Assembly: GCF_009914755.1 (NCBI RefSeq)
Contig: NC_060927.1
Length of the DNA stretch: 64,000 nucleotides
Reading direction: 5' to 3' (one strand)
Source of the DNA: the human T2T-CHM13v2.0 reference genome, Homo sapiens
The notes beneath the pieces are model-generated. The model made no database searches and had not been told where the DNA came from. It saw nothing but the letters and a program-made list of their open reading frames with translations. Positions 1-15,365 of the stretch are shown one piece after another. Numbering within the stretch: position 1 is the first letter of the stretch; every line of letters starts with the position of its first letter. The position numbers and the translations under genes were made by a program.

Positions 1-2055
1 TTAAATCACATACACTTCAGAAGATTAACTTCTAGTAATAGGTTCTGTGTTCTGGCATTGATAGCAAAAAGAATCATTCAGCACGTTTGGGAAAAGATTG
101 ACTATCAAGTGTCATCCTTTTCTGGCATTGGTTTTATGACTTCCGTTGTCTTGATGATTGTTCTTAGGATTTGTAAAGTGTTTTCGGTAGAAATGACTTT
201 TATTCCTTTGTAATAGAAACGTGTTTTATTTTCAGTTCCTACTTTCAGCATTGGAGCAGAGCTATAAAGCACTGCTGTTTGATTTTATTGAAGGGAACTT
301 TTCCCAAAGTTAAGTGGGCTCACAGCAACAAGGAGCAACACAGAGATCCTTACTGTCGTTATGCAGAGAGTTACAGATCTCAAATGTAGATTAAATGGGT
401 TGCTGCCCTGGGGAGCTTGCAGTCAGCAAAGATGTACCCAGTACACTGTATACACAAAAGTGAGAGGAGTGAGAAGCGCCTTGGGTTTCTGAGTGAGGTC
501 TCATGTGTAACTTCAAAGTGGGTAATGAAATATTTGACTTGGACAAATCTGAGTATCAGGACAGAGATTTTAAATAGAGGGGAATTAGGGAAGCCTGAAA
601 GAAGAGTTTGTAATTCTTAGTCCTTGTGAGACCTGAAAAAAAAAAAAGGTTTAGGTGGACACGATGTTTAGAAAATGTCATGAAATAGTTGATGTTGCTA
701 CTTGAGGGAGAGTACGCCAGAAATAATGCATGTTCGGTTTCAGATATTTTTAGAGTTGAATTAAGTTTCATTTTTAAGAGAACAAGATTGTTCAGCTGCC
801 TTAAATATTTTGAGCTCACCAGAGAAAATTATTTAAAACAGGCTAGCTAATACTTAAAAATGAAAAAGTAAAACTCACATTGAGTTATGCAATTGAAGTC
901 TTTGAACAGATTAGGAAATATGACTTTATAGTAAATAACGGAATTTTGTACATTTATTTATAGGAATTTTCCCCATGAGGAGTCTTATTGTTGCTGAATC
1001 AACTAATAATAACTACAGCATTTATTGCTGTTATTGCTGTCACTGTTAACAGCATTTCTTGAGCACTTATGGAATCCCCGGTATTGTGATAAGCAGGGAT
1101 ACGGTGCTAACTGCATTTCAAGGTTGAATCAGCTCCCGATGTGTGCTGGGTAATGATCTAGGTTGTTTGGAGAAGCTTGTCAGCCATGGGAATGCCCCAT
1201 CCCTTGCTGTTGTGGGGTTGTTTTTTTTTTTTTTTTGGCCTGTTTGAAAATGGTCAGTCCCTCACCAGGTCTATTGGCTCTCTGCCACGGTTCTTCTGTT
1301 GTGCAGTGATACAGTGTTCCCCATTTCATTAGTAAATGTTTGCTGGGTTCTATGTATATTTTGTCCGTTTTATGACTTATTATTCAGATAGCCTGTGAAA
1401 GAGATACGTTATTCTCATTTCGTGGATGAGGATGGTGATGTGCAGGTGGTGCACAGAACCCCTCAGCGTAAGTGTCCAAACTTGGCTCCAGAGCCTGTGC
1501 TGGACACCACTGGTCAGTGAGGACAAGAGTGTGACAGTGTAATCACTGCCCTCTAGGTATTTGCAGTATGAGTAGGGGACATGCATCCAAACAATCAAAT
1601 ATTAGAGAAGGAAGACTTCATAGTGACAGGAAGAAAATACAGAGGAAGTCTTAAGGAATAAGCCACTGAGGGAACTTGGGACATCCAGGAGATTCACAGA
1701 GGAAGTGACTTAGGTGTATACTTTTGCAAGAAGAGACGCTTCCTAGGAGGACACAGCTGGAGTGGGCTGTTGTTCAGGGAAGGGCATTTCTGACAGAAGG
1801 ATGAAGTCTGCAGAGAAATACGTTATCAAATAGTTTGACTTGTTGCACCTCCAGGATTTAACTTCAGCTTGAGCATCAGTTACCAGTGGGGAGGTGCTGA
1901 AAGCCTGTGTGAAGGTTTGTTTGCCAGAGTGAGATATGTGAGTTCCCTCTGGTGCATGATGAAAAGCCATGGAAGGGTTTATTATTACTATTATTGTTAT
2001 GACTCTTTCCCTCAGTTTCTTGTCTGTAAAAAAATAAGGATAATTGACAGTACTT

Positions 2056-2348
2056 ATTTATTTATTTATTTTTATTTGAGATGGAGTCTCCTCTGTTGCT
2101 CAGGCTGGAGTGCATTGGTGTGATCTCGGCTCACGCCAACCTCCGCTCTCAGGTTCAAGCAATTCTCCCACCTCAGCCTCCCAAGTAGCTGGGATTACAG
2201 GCACCTGCCATCGTGCTCCTCTAATTTTTGTAGAGACGAGGTTTCACCATGTTGGCCAGGTTGGTCTTGAACTCCTGACCTCAGGTGATCTGCCCACCTT
2301 GGCCTCCCAAAGGGCTGGGATTACAGGCGTGAGCTACCACACCTGGCC
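2056..2348 (-). mobile_element. AluS (Sx-like) SINE inserted in a MIR remnant
   Basis: Reverse-complement Alu with (TTTA)n tail; TSD TGA(C/T)AGTACTT at 2045-2055 and 2349-2359. Confidence 0.9.
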
Positions 2349-3913
2349 TGATAGTACTTTTTAAGAATGAAATGAATCGATACCTTTAAAGTGTTTAGAA
2401 CAGTGACTGGCATACAGTAAATGTAGACCATTGATAATATGCGACAACTGCTACTTAGAACTGCTGTTACCAGCCAGTATTTATTGATTATCCTGTGTTA
2501 CTCCGTTGGGAACTTTGCAGACTTTATCTGTAACCTTGCAATGTAGGTTTCATTATTCCATTTTGTGTATGAGGGACCTGAGTCTCAGAGAAGTTAAGTA
2601 ACTTGCTGGCCTAGATGGAGTTGGATCCCTGCCCAGGCACCTGCCACTAGAGTGCCTGCTCCTCACTCCTCGCTGTGAGGTGATAGCTGCTGGTGGCCTG
2701 TGTGTGGTGTGGGTCTGGGCCACTGGAGGCAACAAGCATCTCTAGGTGGAAAGATGCTGGCAGGAAGCAGGCTGCGGGACTGGTGGCTCTGAGCAGCATC
2801 TGAGGAGTCAGAACTCTTGTTCTCATGGGTGCTATGGGGAACAGGAGGAGCAAAGCAAAGTCCAGGGTGCCATGGCAACTAGAGAAAGAAATATGAAACT
2901 GCTTGCAAGATGAGCAGCCTTAATTCTGCCTAGGAATTTTTGGGTATTCAATATGGTGAAAAGTGACAAGACATATCATGCGCATGAGGTCTTTTTTGGG
3001 GGAACAGATAGATTCAAAGAAGCTTAAAATGCTTCGTGGTTAAACTGCCTGGGGCACTGCTCTGTTTACCCCTAGTCATTTCCTCTGTGCCACCTGAGGT
3101 TTTGTGGGGATTTGAGTCAGATGAGAGACTTTTCTTGGTTGACTATACTCTTGTAACCACTATCCTTATCGCTCCCAAAATACAAAGAATAAACAGCCAC
3201 CCTTCTTTCACAGTGGGTAATTAATTTGTGACATATTCACTGAGCCATTTGGACTGCAAAAATAAGTCCTGCTAAACTCATAATTGACAGTCTGGTTTCT
3301 TATCTAAGCCTACCAGCTTACTTGCAGTTTGGGTCTGTGAAGACATTGCATACTAACTTTTTTGATTCCAGGGACAAGCGTTTAGTTTTGTCAAGATTGC
3401 CTCCACATTTTCACAGTGTTCCTTCTATCTCATTTGTCATAAAGGCGATATCTGCCTTGTTTATGCTGAAAGTAATCCTGAAGATTGGACAGAAGTGCTT
3501 GTATAAGCTTAGTTTAAATTCACACTTTGCTTAGGCATGAAAAATAGGTTTTAACCGGTGAGGTAACTCTGGCTATCTGGTAAAAACCATTCTCCAATAG
3601 AAGGAATGGGGCTATTGGGGGTGAGACTTTGGTACCTGCAGCTATTCCATTCCTCAATAATCTTTTACCTAAAAGTTTTAACATCTGTTGATGAACTGAG
3701 CCTGGAATAGTTATTTCTTTGGGAATGGCAAGATGTAGGCATTCTTCAGTAAATGAGGGCTTTCTCTCATGTGATAAATTACAGTTCTTTCTAAAAAAGG
3801 CAGAATAAATGCTAAATTCTTTTCCTTTGATTTCAATTTTGGGAGTAGAAATTGTTGCATCTCCACAGTGGTGAAAAATGTTTCTCTATTTTTTTATTTA
3901 TTAAAAAAGTTTA

Positions 3914-4270
<357 letters not shown>

Positions 4271-4299
4271 TTATTCTGTATTTTACAACCAAGTACACT

Positions 4300-6560
4300 T
4301 CTGTTAAATTTCGTGTTAAAATTGCCCCAAAATTGGCCAGAGACCCTTCTAGCTCCTTGTAAACTTTTGACATGACACCATTTGTCATGGGACATCTCCT
4401 TGCTTTCTGGCACAGAAAGATGTCCCAGGCGCTTGTAATTTTCCTGCCTCAGATCTCCAAAGAGCCTTTTGTCTAAGGAACTCTGCTTCTTTCTAGTGGG
4501 GAATGGTATTTAGAAAGCAAGATCTGGGTGCTAAAGGTGCTCATTGCTACTGGGATGTTGTGTCTAGGCCCCATCAGTGGGTAAATGGATGGAGACACAC
4601 ATATCTGCATGTGTGTGCATGTATGTGGGGGTTTTCCTATTTCCAGCTTATCTTTAGCATTTCCTATTTAACAAGAAAGAGTTTTTAGTAATTTCTTCAA
4701 TTTTATGTTTATTTCATTTCTATTACATGAACAATCAAATGATTTCTAGTAAATGAACATGGTTACTTACCTGCTTCATCTTGCTACAAACATATTGGCT
4801 TGAGAATTATAATCTGATACATTAAAAGTATGTGAAATTTTTTTTTTTAAGCTTTACACTGTGTTTCACTTAAAATGATTCTCTCTGCAGTAAGGTACAC
4901 TGTTTCAGTTTGTTTTCCATTTTAGGGTTTGATTTTTTTCCCTTATGAACTAATTTTATATTTTGAATATGTAATACCTTGACATATTCAAGAGTCAAAA
5001 CTATATAAAGATGTGCAGAAGTTTTGCTTCTATCTCCATCTTTTCACACAATTCCCTTTACCCCATCTTCAGATGTAACCATTTCTTACTAGTTTTTAAT
5101 CTTCCAGTTTTTATTTTTGCAAAAAATATGCAAATACTTATATCTTCTTATTTCTTCTTTCTCCTTACATAGTAATTAGCATACTATATATACTGTTGGA
5201 TACCTTGCCTTTTTTTTTAACTTAACAATATCCTAGTGATTACTTGATGTTCTCTGTTCCTTTTTGTGGCCTCTTAGTCCTTCATTGTGTGGATGTACCA
5301 CAGTTTGGCCAGTCCCTTGTTTTTATTTCAAAAATGTTAAAAAAACTTTTTAGATTTACAGAGAAATTGAGAAGATAGTACAGAGTTCCCATGCATTCTC
5401 TCACCCTTGCAAACAGTTTCTCCCATTATTAACATTTTGCATTAATATGATACATTTATTATAATTAATGAACCAATATTGATTATTATAAAAGTCAGTC
5501 CATACTTTGGATTTCCTTAGTTTTAACCTAATGACCCTTTTCCATTTCAGGATCTTATTCAGGATATTATATTACATTTAGTTCTCATATCTCCCTAGGC
5601 TTCTCTTGGCTGTGACATTTTCTCAGTTTCAGTGATGTTTGACAGTTTTGAGGAGTACTAGTCAGGTATATTGTAGGGTTATCTTCTGTTGGAATTTGTC
5701 TGATATTTTTCTTATGGTTAGACCAGGGTTACAGAAGTCAAATGTCATTCTCATCATGTTACATCAAGGGTACATGCTATCACCATGACTTATGACTATT
5801 GATGTTAACCTTGATCACCTGGCTGAGGTAGCACTTACCAGGTTTTACAGTGTAAAGTTATTTCCCTCCCATCCCTTTCCACACTTTACTCTTTGGAAGG
5901 AAGTAATATGGACAGTCCACACTTAAGAAGTGGGGAGTTAACCATCCCCCTCCTTGAGGGCAGAGTATCTACTTATTTAAAATTCTTCTGCATGGGTGAT
6001 TTGTCTCTTATCTACCTACCTACCTACCTACCTGCCTACCTACCTACTATTCTTTCATTCATTAATGTATGTATGTATTCAAGCATTTCTATCAGTATTG
6101 ATTCATAGATGTTTACTTCATCTTTTGGTTTATAATACTCTATTTTGTTCCACCTTTGTCCATTGAGAGCTCTTTCAGCTGTGTCCTGTGTCCATTTGAC
6201 ATACCCATCTTAGTTTGCTTTTGTTTTTGTCTTTCTAAGTACTTTCTTCTTTTCTGGCACTAGAAGGTGCATTCCATGTTCATTGTGTATATTTTCTGTT
6301 CCAATCCTATAATGAGCCATTTCTCCAAGGAGCCCTGGTTGTCTTTAAAGGAGAGTGGTATTAGAAACCAAGAGTTGAGCACAAAGAGTGCTTATTGCTA
6401 CTTGGGGTGTCACTGCTTCTAGGCCCTCTCAGTTGACAGATTAAGGAGATGCATGTGTGTGGACTAACTCATGTATGTACATATATTTATAAATATTTTT
6501 ATATGTGATTGTGTTATCTCTTGAGCTAAACATGAATTCTTATTGATGCCTGGTAAGTGC
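4300..6560 (-). mobile_element. Old L1M (L1MC/MD-type) 3'-region fragments, probably two elements
   Basis: Recognisable L1M 3' UTR motifs, e.g. TTTAGATTTACAGAGAAATTGAGAAGATAGTACAGAGTTCCC near 5350. Related GGTATT(T)AGAAA..AAGA...TTGCTACT segments near 4500 and 6355. Boundaries approximate. Confidence 0.6.
6012..6047. repeat. (CTAC)n tetranucleotide microsatellite
   Basis: ACCTACCTACCTACCTACCTGCCTACCTACCTAC, read directly. Confidence 0.85.
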
Positions 6561-7695
6561 ATTTTTCCATTTTGTTAGATTCTGCCAAGTTTTCCTTCAT
6601 AGTATTAACATGGACTAGACCTACTCAAGTTGTGAGAGGAGAATATTGGCGGGACAGGCATAGGAGAAATATGTAAGCAAGGTCTTGATGGGAGGTGAAA
6701 GAGAGCTGAATGTTCATCATCTTCCATGTAGGAAGCCAGTGGGTAATGCTTACAATCAGGAAGTAGGACTGTAAGCATGTTATTTAGAGGTAGAGGTAAA
6801 TACAACAGATGAAAGAGTTGAAAATAATTTGCTTTTGGAGAATAATTGAGGAGTTTATGGACAATAGGCTGTTGTGTTCACAATAAATCATATAGAACTA
6901 TTGGACTCTTTAAGACATGCACAAGAGGAGCTTTCATATAAACAAAAGTTAGCTAAGCCTAATCGCAGTCCCAAATTATTACTGCCTATTTTTTGTTGTC
7001 ATTGGTACTTTTCCTGGAAGATATCTTGCTGTAAGAATGTTTTATGAAAAAGATTTGGAGGAAGTTTAAGGAATGCCATCTTACCCAGTAGCATTACAAT
7101 TTAGTTATTCTTAGATAAATTGCAAGAGCTTACTTTTCTCTAAGCTAACTACTTGCTTTTTGGGACCTTAACTTAAATGAAGTAGATGTTCTTTGTAAAA
7201 ATTGGAAGACCTCTAATATTTTTCCAGGTATGTAGCTTTTTAGTTAATTGAATATGCAAATTTTCCCTATTTACAGACCCTTTATTAACGTAAAATAACA
7301 TAAAATTTACCATTGTAACCAACAATAAGTGTATGGTACAGCAGTATTAACTCAATGCACATTGTTGTACAACTGATTTGTAGAACTTTTTTCTCTTGCA
7401 AAACTGAAACTGCCCATTGAACAACTCCCCTTTCTCCCCCTCCACCAGCCTCTGGCTACTGCCATCATACTTTGCTGATTTACAGAAACTTTAAAAAGTT
7501 CTAATCAAGTTTAATATGCTGCACTGTAACTCTATGTGCCCGATTGTTGCCCTGTGGAAACATATTTCAGCTTTTCCAAAGTAAAAATATTATACCCTCT
7601 TCCAAGTTAGAATGCTGGTGTGTGGTTGTGGTGGTTGTATATTTATGTTTAATTAATTTTTTGGTGAAATCAAAGAAAATGTATGCCCATGATAG

Positions 7696-8352
<657 letters not shown>

Positions 8353-11300
8353 AGTTTTTGAATTTCTTAGAGAAATGCATTGAAAGAAATTACTGTATTT
8401 CACTTGAATAAGGAGTGATTTAGTTTAAAAAAGGTTTATCAAGAGTCTGTGCATTGGGGTAGATGCTGTGAAGATTTTTAACCAAATGGGGGCTGTGCTG
8501 TTTGTCTGTAAGGGGATACCATCTTTTTGTGGTTACAAGATACACACCTAAAACGGAGCATAATACATTAGTATCTAATTACCTGTAATCATATAGGAAA
8601 TAATGGATCGACTGGAAAAATTAGGGAAAGTTTTCTGTAGTAGTAAAATATGAGCTATGCCTTAAAGAAATCTAGCCTTTAAGTAAGAATTGGGATTTTT
8701 TACTCTGTTTTTTGGATCTTAAGTAGTTCTTGGTTCTTCAGTTATCTTCCATCTTCCTCTTTGGCAACTTATGAGCAAATGAATTAAGTTTATAGTTCTG
8801 TTCCAGATAGTATATTCGCTGCAGTCTTTACTACTGTCATTTCTTCTGGTCTTGTCACTTTGGGTGAATGGTCTAGTCCCACATTTTCTGTTAAGAATCC
8901 ATTGCTACTCAACAGTTTTTTCTAGTCAGTCCTAGTAAATGTTCACTCCCACTTGAATTAATCAGTCATCTTCTATGATAAAATGTTAATAAGAACCTTG
9001 ATTTAATTGGTAAATCATGGTTCCCTACCCTCTTTATGGCTATTGGTATATACGTGCATACTTGGAAGATAGTATACTACAAAATAAGCTTGTTCAAAGT
9101 CTTGGCAGTTTACAGGCTGGTTTCGTAGCTTCTCATTTGGGCTAGTTTTCTTGAAAATTCTCTGAGGTAGTTGAGTGCCTCCATTTCACAAATGAGGGGA
9201 CAAAGTTCGTGGAAAGTGGAAGAATGGGAAATTCCATCCTAGACTTCTGTTTCTGGGTCCTGTTTGATTTACAGAATTTGCATGCTGCTCACATCAAATG
9301 AAGATCAACTGTGTGAAGCTGAGTGGGGGAATGGTGTTTGCTTAAGGTATGAAGAATGCTTCCAAAAGCTCAATGTTTAATGAGTTTTAATTTGTTGGGC
9401 ATCTTGCAGATCTGTTGCTTAAAGCATAAACAAGAGAATTTTAAGAAAAGATAGCTTCTTGTATGAGCTAAAATTTCTAATAGGTAATATTACAAAATGT
9501 GGTCCAAAACACAAAATGTTCAGAAAGGGATAGTGAAGTCTCCTTTCTAACATACTGTCTTCAGACCCCCTACCTCTATCCCAGACCCCTCCTTACATAG
9601 TTTAGAAGCAATAATTCTTACCAGTTTCATGCATATCCTCTGAGATATATTTCATGTATTTTTAAGTGTAGATTTTGTGTATTTTTTAACAGTCCTTTAA
9701 AAAATTGGTGCTTGCTCCATACTGTGCATACAGTGGCCTTGTTTTTTAAATGGCTCTAAGCTAACCTTTTAATGACTTATTTATAAAAGCTAGGTTCTTT
9801 ATTTTTGCAATTTGCACTGGAATGTTAATTCCATGATAAATAGAAAGCTTTTTTTTTTTTTAATTAAAAAGAAGTACATTAGGTTTCAAAGTCATTTTCC
9901 AAATGTGTATAAACTTCCAAGTGAAATCCCTGGAATAACATGGCTCTAAAGCCTGATTCAAATCTGTTATTTTGTAGTCAAGGAATTCATAGGGTATGCC
10001 GGGTAGAAAACAGTTAAGGGTCAATAAATTATAGTTGGAATGTCTTTGTGAATCTAACACAGCTAAAGCAAATAGCTTTAATTAAATGAACATAACATGC
10101 ATCATTCTTTAGTCTCCAGAAAAATCACACAGGAGTGAGTTCCGGAGCAGGGAATGAGAGGGAAGCCGGGGTGGATCTGGCTGGTCTGTGTACTGTGTAA
10201 GCATTTTTGCTGTGTTTTAGAGCTTTTTGCTCTAGGGTTATTTTACACGGTCATCTGGCAATATGATGTCTGTCGTATTTGTGTTCTAATGAAAGACTCT
10301 TAGCTGTCTAAAGCTTGTTCAGAAATAGAAACTTTACAGTAACTGCATTTAGGACCTAAATAGTAAGCACAATGCCACTTTAACTATTGAAACGTTACTC
10401 TAACTACAGCTGATCATGGGATTAAATTCCAATGCAAAGTGAAAAAAGAAAATGTAGTTTGTTTATTTTTGCTCCTCAGATGATTGGGCGCTTCCTCCCA
10501 CTGCCTCTGCAGCAGAAGCTGGGAGAGGAGGTGAGGGTCGTGAAATGTCTGATGTAATAATTTAAATAACTTCTGTGTCTTCAGAGTGGGGCTAGCAGCA
10601 AGTATCTTTCACCAGTGCTTGTCCTCCGTTTTTCTTTTGCTCCCATTCCCCTGAATCTTCAGGAGGGTGGGTGCCTTCCCTTTCTTCCCCATGTCTCCTC
10701 TTCTCCCTTCTACAGCATTGTCCCCCAAGACCTGGCCAGAGGAGTGCACAGAGGTGTGTTCTCTACACAGAAGCAAAGTGGTGGCCTGTGTGTCTTGCTA
10801 GAAGACAAGTCTTACATCTTCCTACAGTCCTCCTGTCCTGGGGCAGTAAAACTCATGACTTGGTGTCACATGTAGAAGGCTGTGGGGATATGTCCTAAGT
10901 GGTTAATTAAGTGCACCAATTTAATATTTGTAAAAATGCTGTCCCTGTTATTCCCTATGATACGAATATTTCACCAAAGCCAAGGCTGTTGCTCACTCAG
11001 GTATATATAGAAATCTGAAAAGATGACAGAAATTTACCATATGATAATTCCAACATTAATTTCAGACTGCTATCTCATGCCCTGGAGAAGGAGCTGAGCC
11101 TGTTGGTGGCACATGTTCAGTGTGTCCCTCTGTTAGAAGGAAGCCCCCGAAACTGTAGCTGTGGGGGAAGCTGGTGGTGTGACTGATGTGTCAAATAAGA
11201 AATTCTTGTTCTAAGGGCTAAAATTGGATTCTGTGGTTGCCGCATGCCTTAGCTTGAGATGCATGTACAGGGTTGATAGGGAAAAAGGACAACTGGGGGA

Positions 11301-13109
11301 AAAAAAAATCCCTAAATGCGACAGTTAGCATGTTTACGTTAAAATGAAAATGAGAATTGGAGACCTGTGAGTGAAAGGGAGAATCCAAGAAAGGTGTCCA
11401 GTGTGGTTCTCCTCAGCTATCAGATACAGCCCAGCAACCTCACAGGAAGAAAGATGCAGTCGGGAGTTTCCATGCAACCTTGCAGTACAAGACTTTTGTG
11501 CTCTTGTCAGACCCTCCCTTGTCGACCCCTCTCCCCTATTTTTGTATCCTTGTCAGAGGCCTCGGCCCCCTGTTTTCTGACTTGGCCACGCTGGTCTCTT
11601 TTCTTCTGAAATCTTAAGCATTGACTACCTGACACACAACTGGGCAAGTATTTAGATATTGCCTTATAATGGCCTTGTCTTTCCTGGGGTACTGCCCCCC
11701 TTCCTCAGCTGTGTTATTCACTCCTTAGGCAGAGGGCCCTTCACTCACTGTGGCTGGTCATATCTTCACCTCTTCACCTCTCTCTTCAGTCTTCCTTCCC
11801 TTCCCCACCACCTGTCCCAGGAACATCCCAGAGGAACAGTCCTGTCAGTTTCCCTCAGTGACCTATTCACTGCCGCCCCCGACATACCTGCATCATGTAA
11901 ACCTACCTGCAGCGGTTGTCCTTACCCGTCTTCCTCCAGTCTTGGTTGGAGAGATGCTACTTTCACCTAAGGTTACTTCCTCCTTTTTTGTAGCCTCCTC
12001 CCTACCCAGCCTTGTAAACCATGTAAGTTTGCTTTCTTCTGGGCCCTCGCTCTGTGCCAGTCACTGTTTTAGCATGTTGCATCTCATTTAATCCTCAAAA
12101 TAATTCTGTATAGGCTAAGAACACTTACTAGCCCTGTTTTACAGGCAAGTAACTGAAGCACCCAGGGGCTGACTTGCTCTAAAACTCCAAAGCTGGTAAG
12201 TGATTGGAGCCAGGGCAGGAACCAGGCCAGCTAACTCTAGAACCTGTGCCCTTCACCACTCTTAAGCTAGTTAATGCATGTCAGGGGCTTAGAAGAGGGC
12301 CAGTGCACAGCGAGTGCACTACCAATATTGTTACTCTGCATGATAAACTGGTCTGTCCCCAGGATTGTGTCTGCTAGGTACTTCTGTAGTCATGAACACA
12401 TTCTTTAAGGCATTGCATCCCACATATGGTAATGTTCGCTACATTTGCATCTTTCCCCTGACCCTTCTGAGTATCAGACTTGCATATCCACCTGCTCCTT
12501 AACATATTTTCCCATGAATATCTCCAGCATTTTAAATCTGGCGTATTCAAAACTAAACTGAAAACTGGGAAACCTGGGTAAGATTGGTGAGTTGCCTCAG
12601 TGTCAGTATGCTGGTTGCGATATTGTACTATAGATTTGAAGGAAGTTAACATTTGGCAAAACTAAGTAAAGTGTCCATGGGATCTCTTTCTTACACTTGG
12701 ATGTGAATCTACAGTTATCTCAAAATAAGAAGTTTCATTAAAACAAGTTAAGGAAATAACAAACTGAACCCAGCCCTGCCACCCCTCCCCAGCTGTTCTC
12801 TGTAATTCCACATCTCCGTTGATGGCACCAGGACCACCCATTCGGAAATGTGTTAGCTGCCCTTTCTCTTTCCTTCATCTCCACTTTAGGGTGTTTCCTC
12901 TTCTGCCTCACAAAGGTGTCGCACCTGCCTCTTTGTTCCCTGCTGCAGTCACCTCCCTGATGGAGTTGGCAGCCTCCTTTCCAGGGTTTCCCCTACAACT
13001 TCCTGAGAAATAGCGTTAATTTACGTATCTGATCTTGCCGTTGCTGTGTTTAAAATGTTTCAGTTACCCATTTGTGATAAAAAACCAAACTCCATAGCTT
13101 GCCACTGCC

Positions 13110-13270
13110 TGGGTCAGAGTCCTCCAGGCTGCTGATTAAAAAAGCAGATTTCTCCACCCGACTCCAGACCTCTGGAGTTGAAATCCCTGGAGTTGGAAAT
13201 AAACGTGTGCGTTGAACCAGCACCCTCTGGTGACCATTTTGTGCACTAGCGTTTGAGGAACTCTGGCCTC
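13110..13270. mobile_element. MER5-family (hAT-Charlie) fragment
   Basis: AAAAAGCAGATTTCTCCACCC..CCAGACCT..GAAATCCCTGG...GGTGACCATTTTGTGCAC..GTTTGAGGAACTCTG resembles MER5. Confidence 0.5.
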
Positions 13271-14389
13271 TGGGGACCTTCCTGCGCCTCACTGGTGACT
13301 CCCTCTGCCTTCCTGCCATCTGCATTGCCTGAAATGTCACACGCTGCCATTTCTGTGTGTGGAACTCCTTTGTACCTTCCCCAATATGTGGATGAAACGC
13401 CTCTTTGCTTCCTTTCCTGGGTCTCAGGGTACAATGGAGCACTTACCTTGTTGCTGTCTACTTTTGTGTCATGTGCACCTCAGGCAGGGCCACTTTCTTC
13501 TCTTTGTAGCCTCATATCCCAGTAGAGGGTCGTGGTAGGCATTTAGTGTTTGCTGCTACATATTGATGGGTTTTATTTTATTTGATCTTGAGCTGCCTAC
13601 TTGATCCCTAAGTAATAGTACTTTGCACGGTGTCATTGCACAATAATTAAAACCAGAGGGAAATGGCTGGTTTAAAATAACATAGTAAAATGAGTCATCC
13701 AGACAAAAACAGGCACTCTGTATTTGTCCCCAGTGTTCTACAGGTAATTCTGTTAGAGGAAAACTTTTTAAAAGCAAAAATGTATTTCAGTAATGTATCA
13801 CGCTGTGTCATTTCCACTGTGTACCAACAGCCCATCCCCACCCCTCCTCCTTTTCTCTCTTTTCCTGCTCTCCAGCCAGAGAACCTGATTTAACTATCTG
13901 ATCATTCAGCAGAACCCAGCAGTCTGGCCAGTGGTCTGACTCTGCTGGTCTTGTGGCACTGAGGCAGCAGTTTTCATTTGGGCTATTTATCCAGGCAGCC
14001 AATCAGTGCACTGACTACTTTTCATTCCCCATGTGAACAGTGGCTGAGTATGGGATTTTGGATTTTCTGTGGCTCATTTTATAGGGTACAACTGATTAAC
14101 TTTTAAACCCTTTTATTATGGGACATCAAACATGTACAAATATAGAAGTATATAATAACACCCATTTACTCTTCACCCAGCTTTAACCATTGACTCACAG
14201 TCACTCTTGTTTCTACCCCTTATCCTCTCTGTCTCCCCCCACCTGTGAAATTATATCATTTCCTAGTGTTTTACTTTTTATCAGTATGGAGTAATCTTTT
14301 CTTTTACTTCATGAAGAAATAATCTTTTACTTCATTTTATTGGTAGTTAAGTACTTCAAGAAGACATTTTAAATATTTGAATATTAAAA

Positions 14390-15365
14390 AACCAGCTTTA
14401 TTGATATAATTGAAATACTATATAATTCATCCATTTAAAGTCTACGGTCAGTGTTTTTTAGCATGTTCACAGAGCTGTGAAGCTATTAACCACATTTTAG
14501 AACATTTTCGCTACCCCTGAAAAACCCCATGCCCATGAGCAGTCACTCCCCATTTGCCTTCAGTAGCCGCAGGCAACCACTAACCTACTTTCTCTGTAGA
14601 TTTGCCTTTTGTGGACATTTTATATAAATGGAATTATACAACATGTGGTCCTTTGAAACTGGCTTGTTTCAGTTAGTGTATGTTTTCCTGGTACATCCAT
14701 GTGGTAGCAGGTTTCAGTACTTCATTCTCTCTTAGGGCCGAATGGTGTTCCATTGTATGCATATGCCACATTTTATTTATCTGGGTATCAGCTGACGGAT
14801 ATTGGATTGTTTTCACTTTTTGGTTATAATGAACATCCTGCTATGAACATTTGTTTACAGGTCTTTGTGTGGACATGTGTCATTTCTCTTAGATATACAG
14901 GCTAGTTCTCCTGGGTATGTATAACTTACTGGATTATGTGATGACATTATATTTAACCTTTTGTGGAACTATCCTACTGTTTTCCACATATTACATTTAT
15001 CATTTTATATTCCCGTGGGGAACACCTGAGGATTTCAGTTTCTCTACATTCTTGTCAATACTTGTTATTATCAGTCTTTTTATTATAGCTGTCCTAGCGG
15101 TATTTCATTATGGTTTTGATTTGCATTTCTCTATCGGCTAATGGTGTTGACCATCTTAAATGTGCTTATTGGCCATTTGTTTATTATTTTTGGAGAAATG
15201 TCTGTTCAGATCCTTTGCCTATTTTTTAACTGGGTTGTCTTTTTATTATTGAGTTTAATAGTTCATCATGTATTCTAGATCCAACTCCTTTATATATGAT
15301 TTGAAATATTCTCTCCCAATTGGTGTGTTATCTTTTCACCCTGTTAATTGTGTCTTTGATCAAAA
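14390..15365 (-). mobile_element. L1MB/ME-type LINE 3' fragment
   Basis: Antisense L1 3' end/ORF2 tail motifs: GCAACCACTAACCTACTTTCT, TTTGCATTTCTCTA..GCTAATG, TTGGAGAAATGTCTGTTCAGATCC. Confidence 0.75.

Noticed and set aside
1625-1710. Cluster of ETS/PU.1-like GAGGAAGT motifs
   Set aside because: Lies in purine-rich L2-like remnant sequence where such words are common; no other support.
4440-4580. Similarity between about 4450-4580 and about 6320-6435, suggesting a local duplication
   Set aside because: Both are homologous parts of related old L1M 3' regions, i.e. independent repeat copies.
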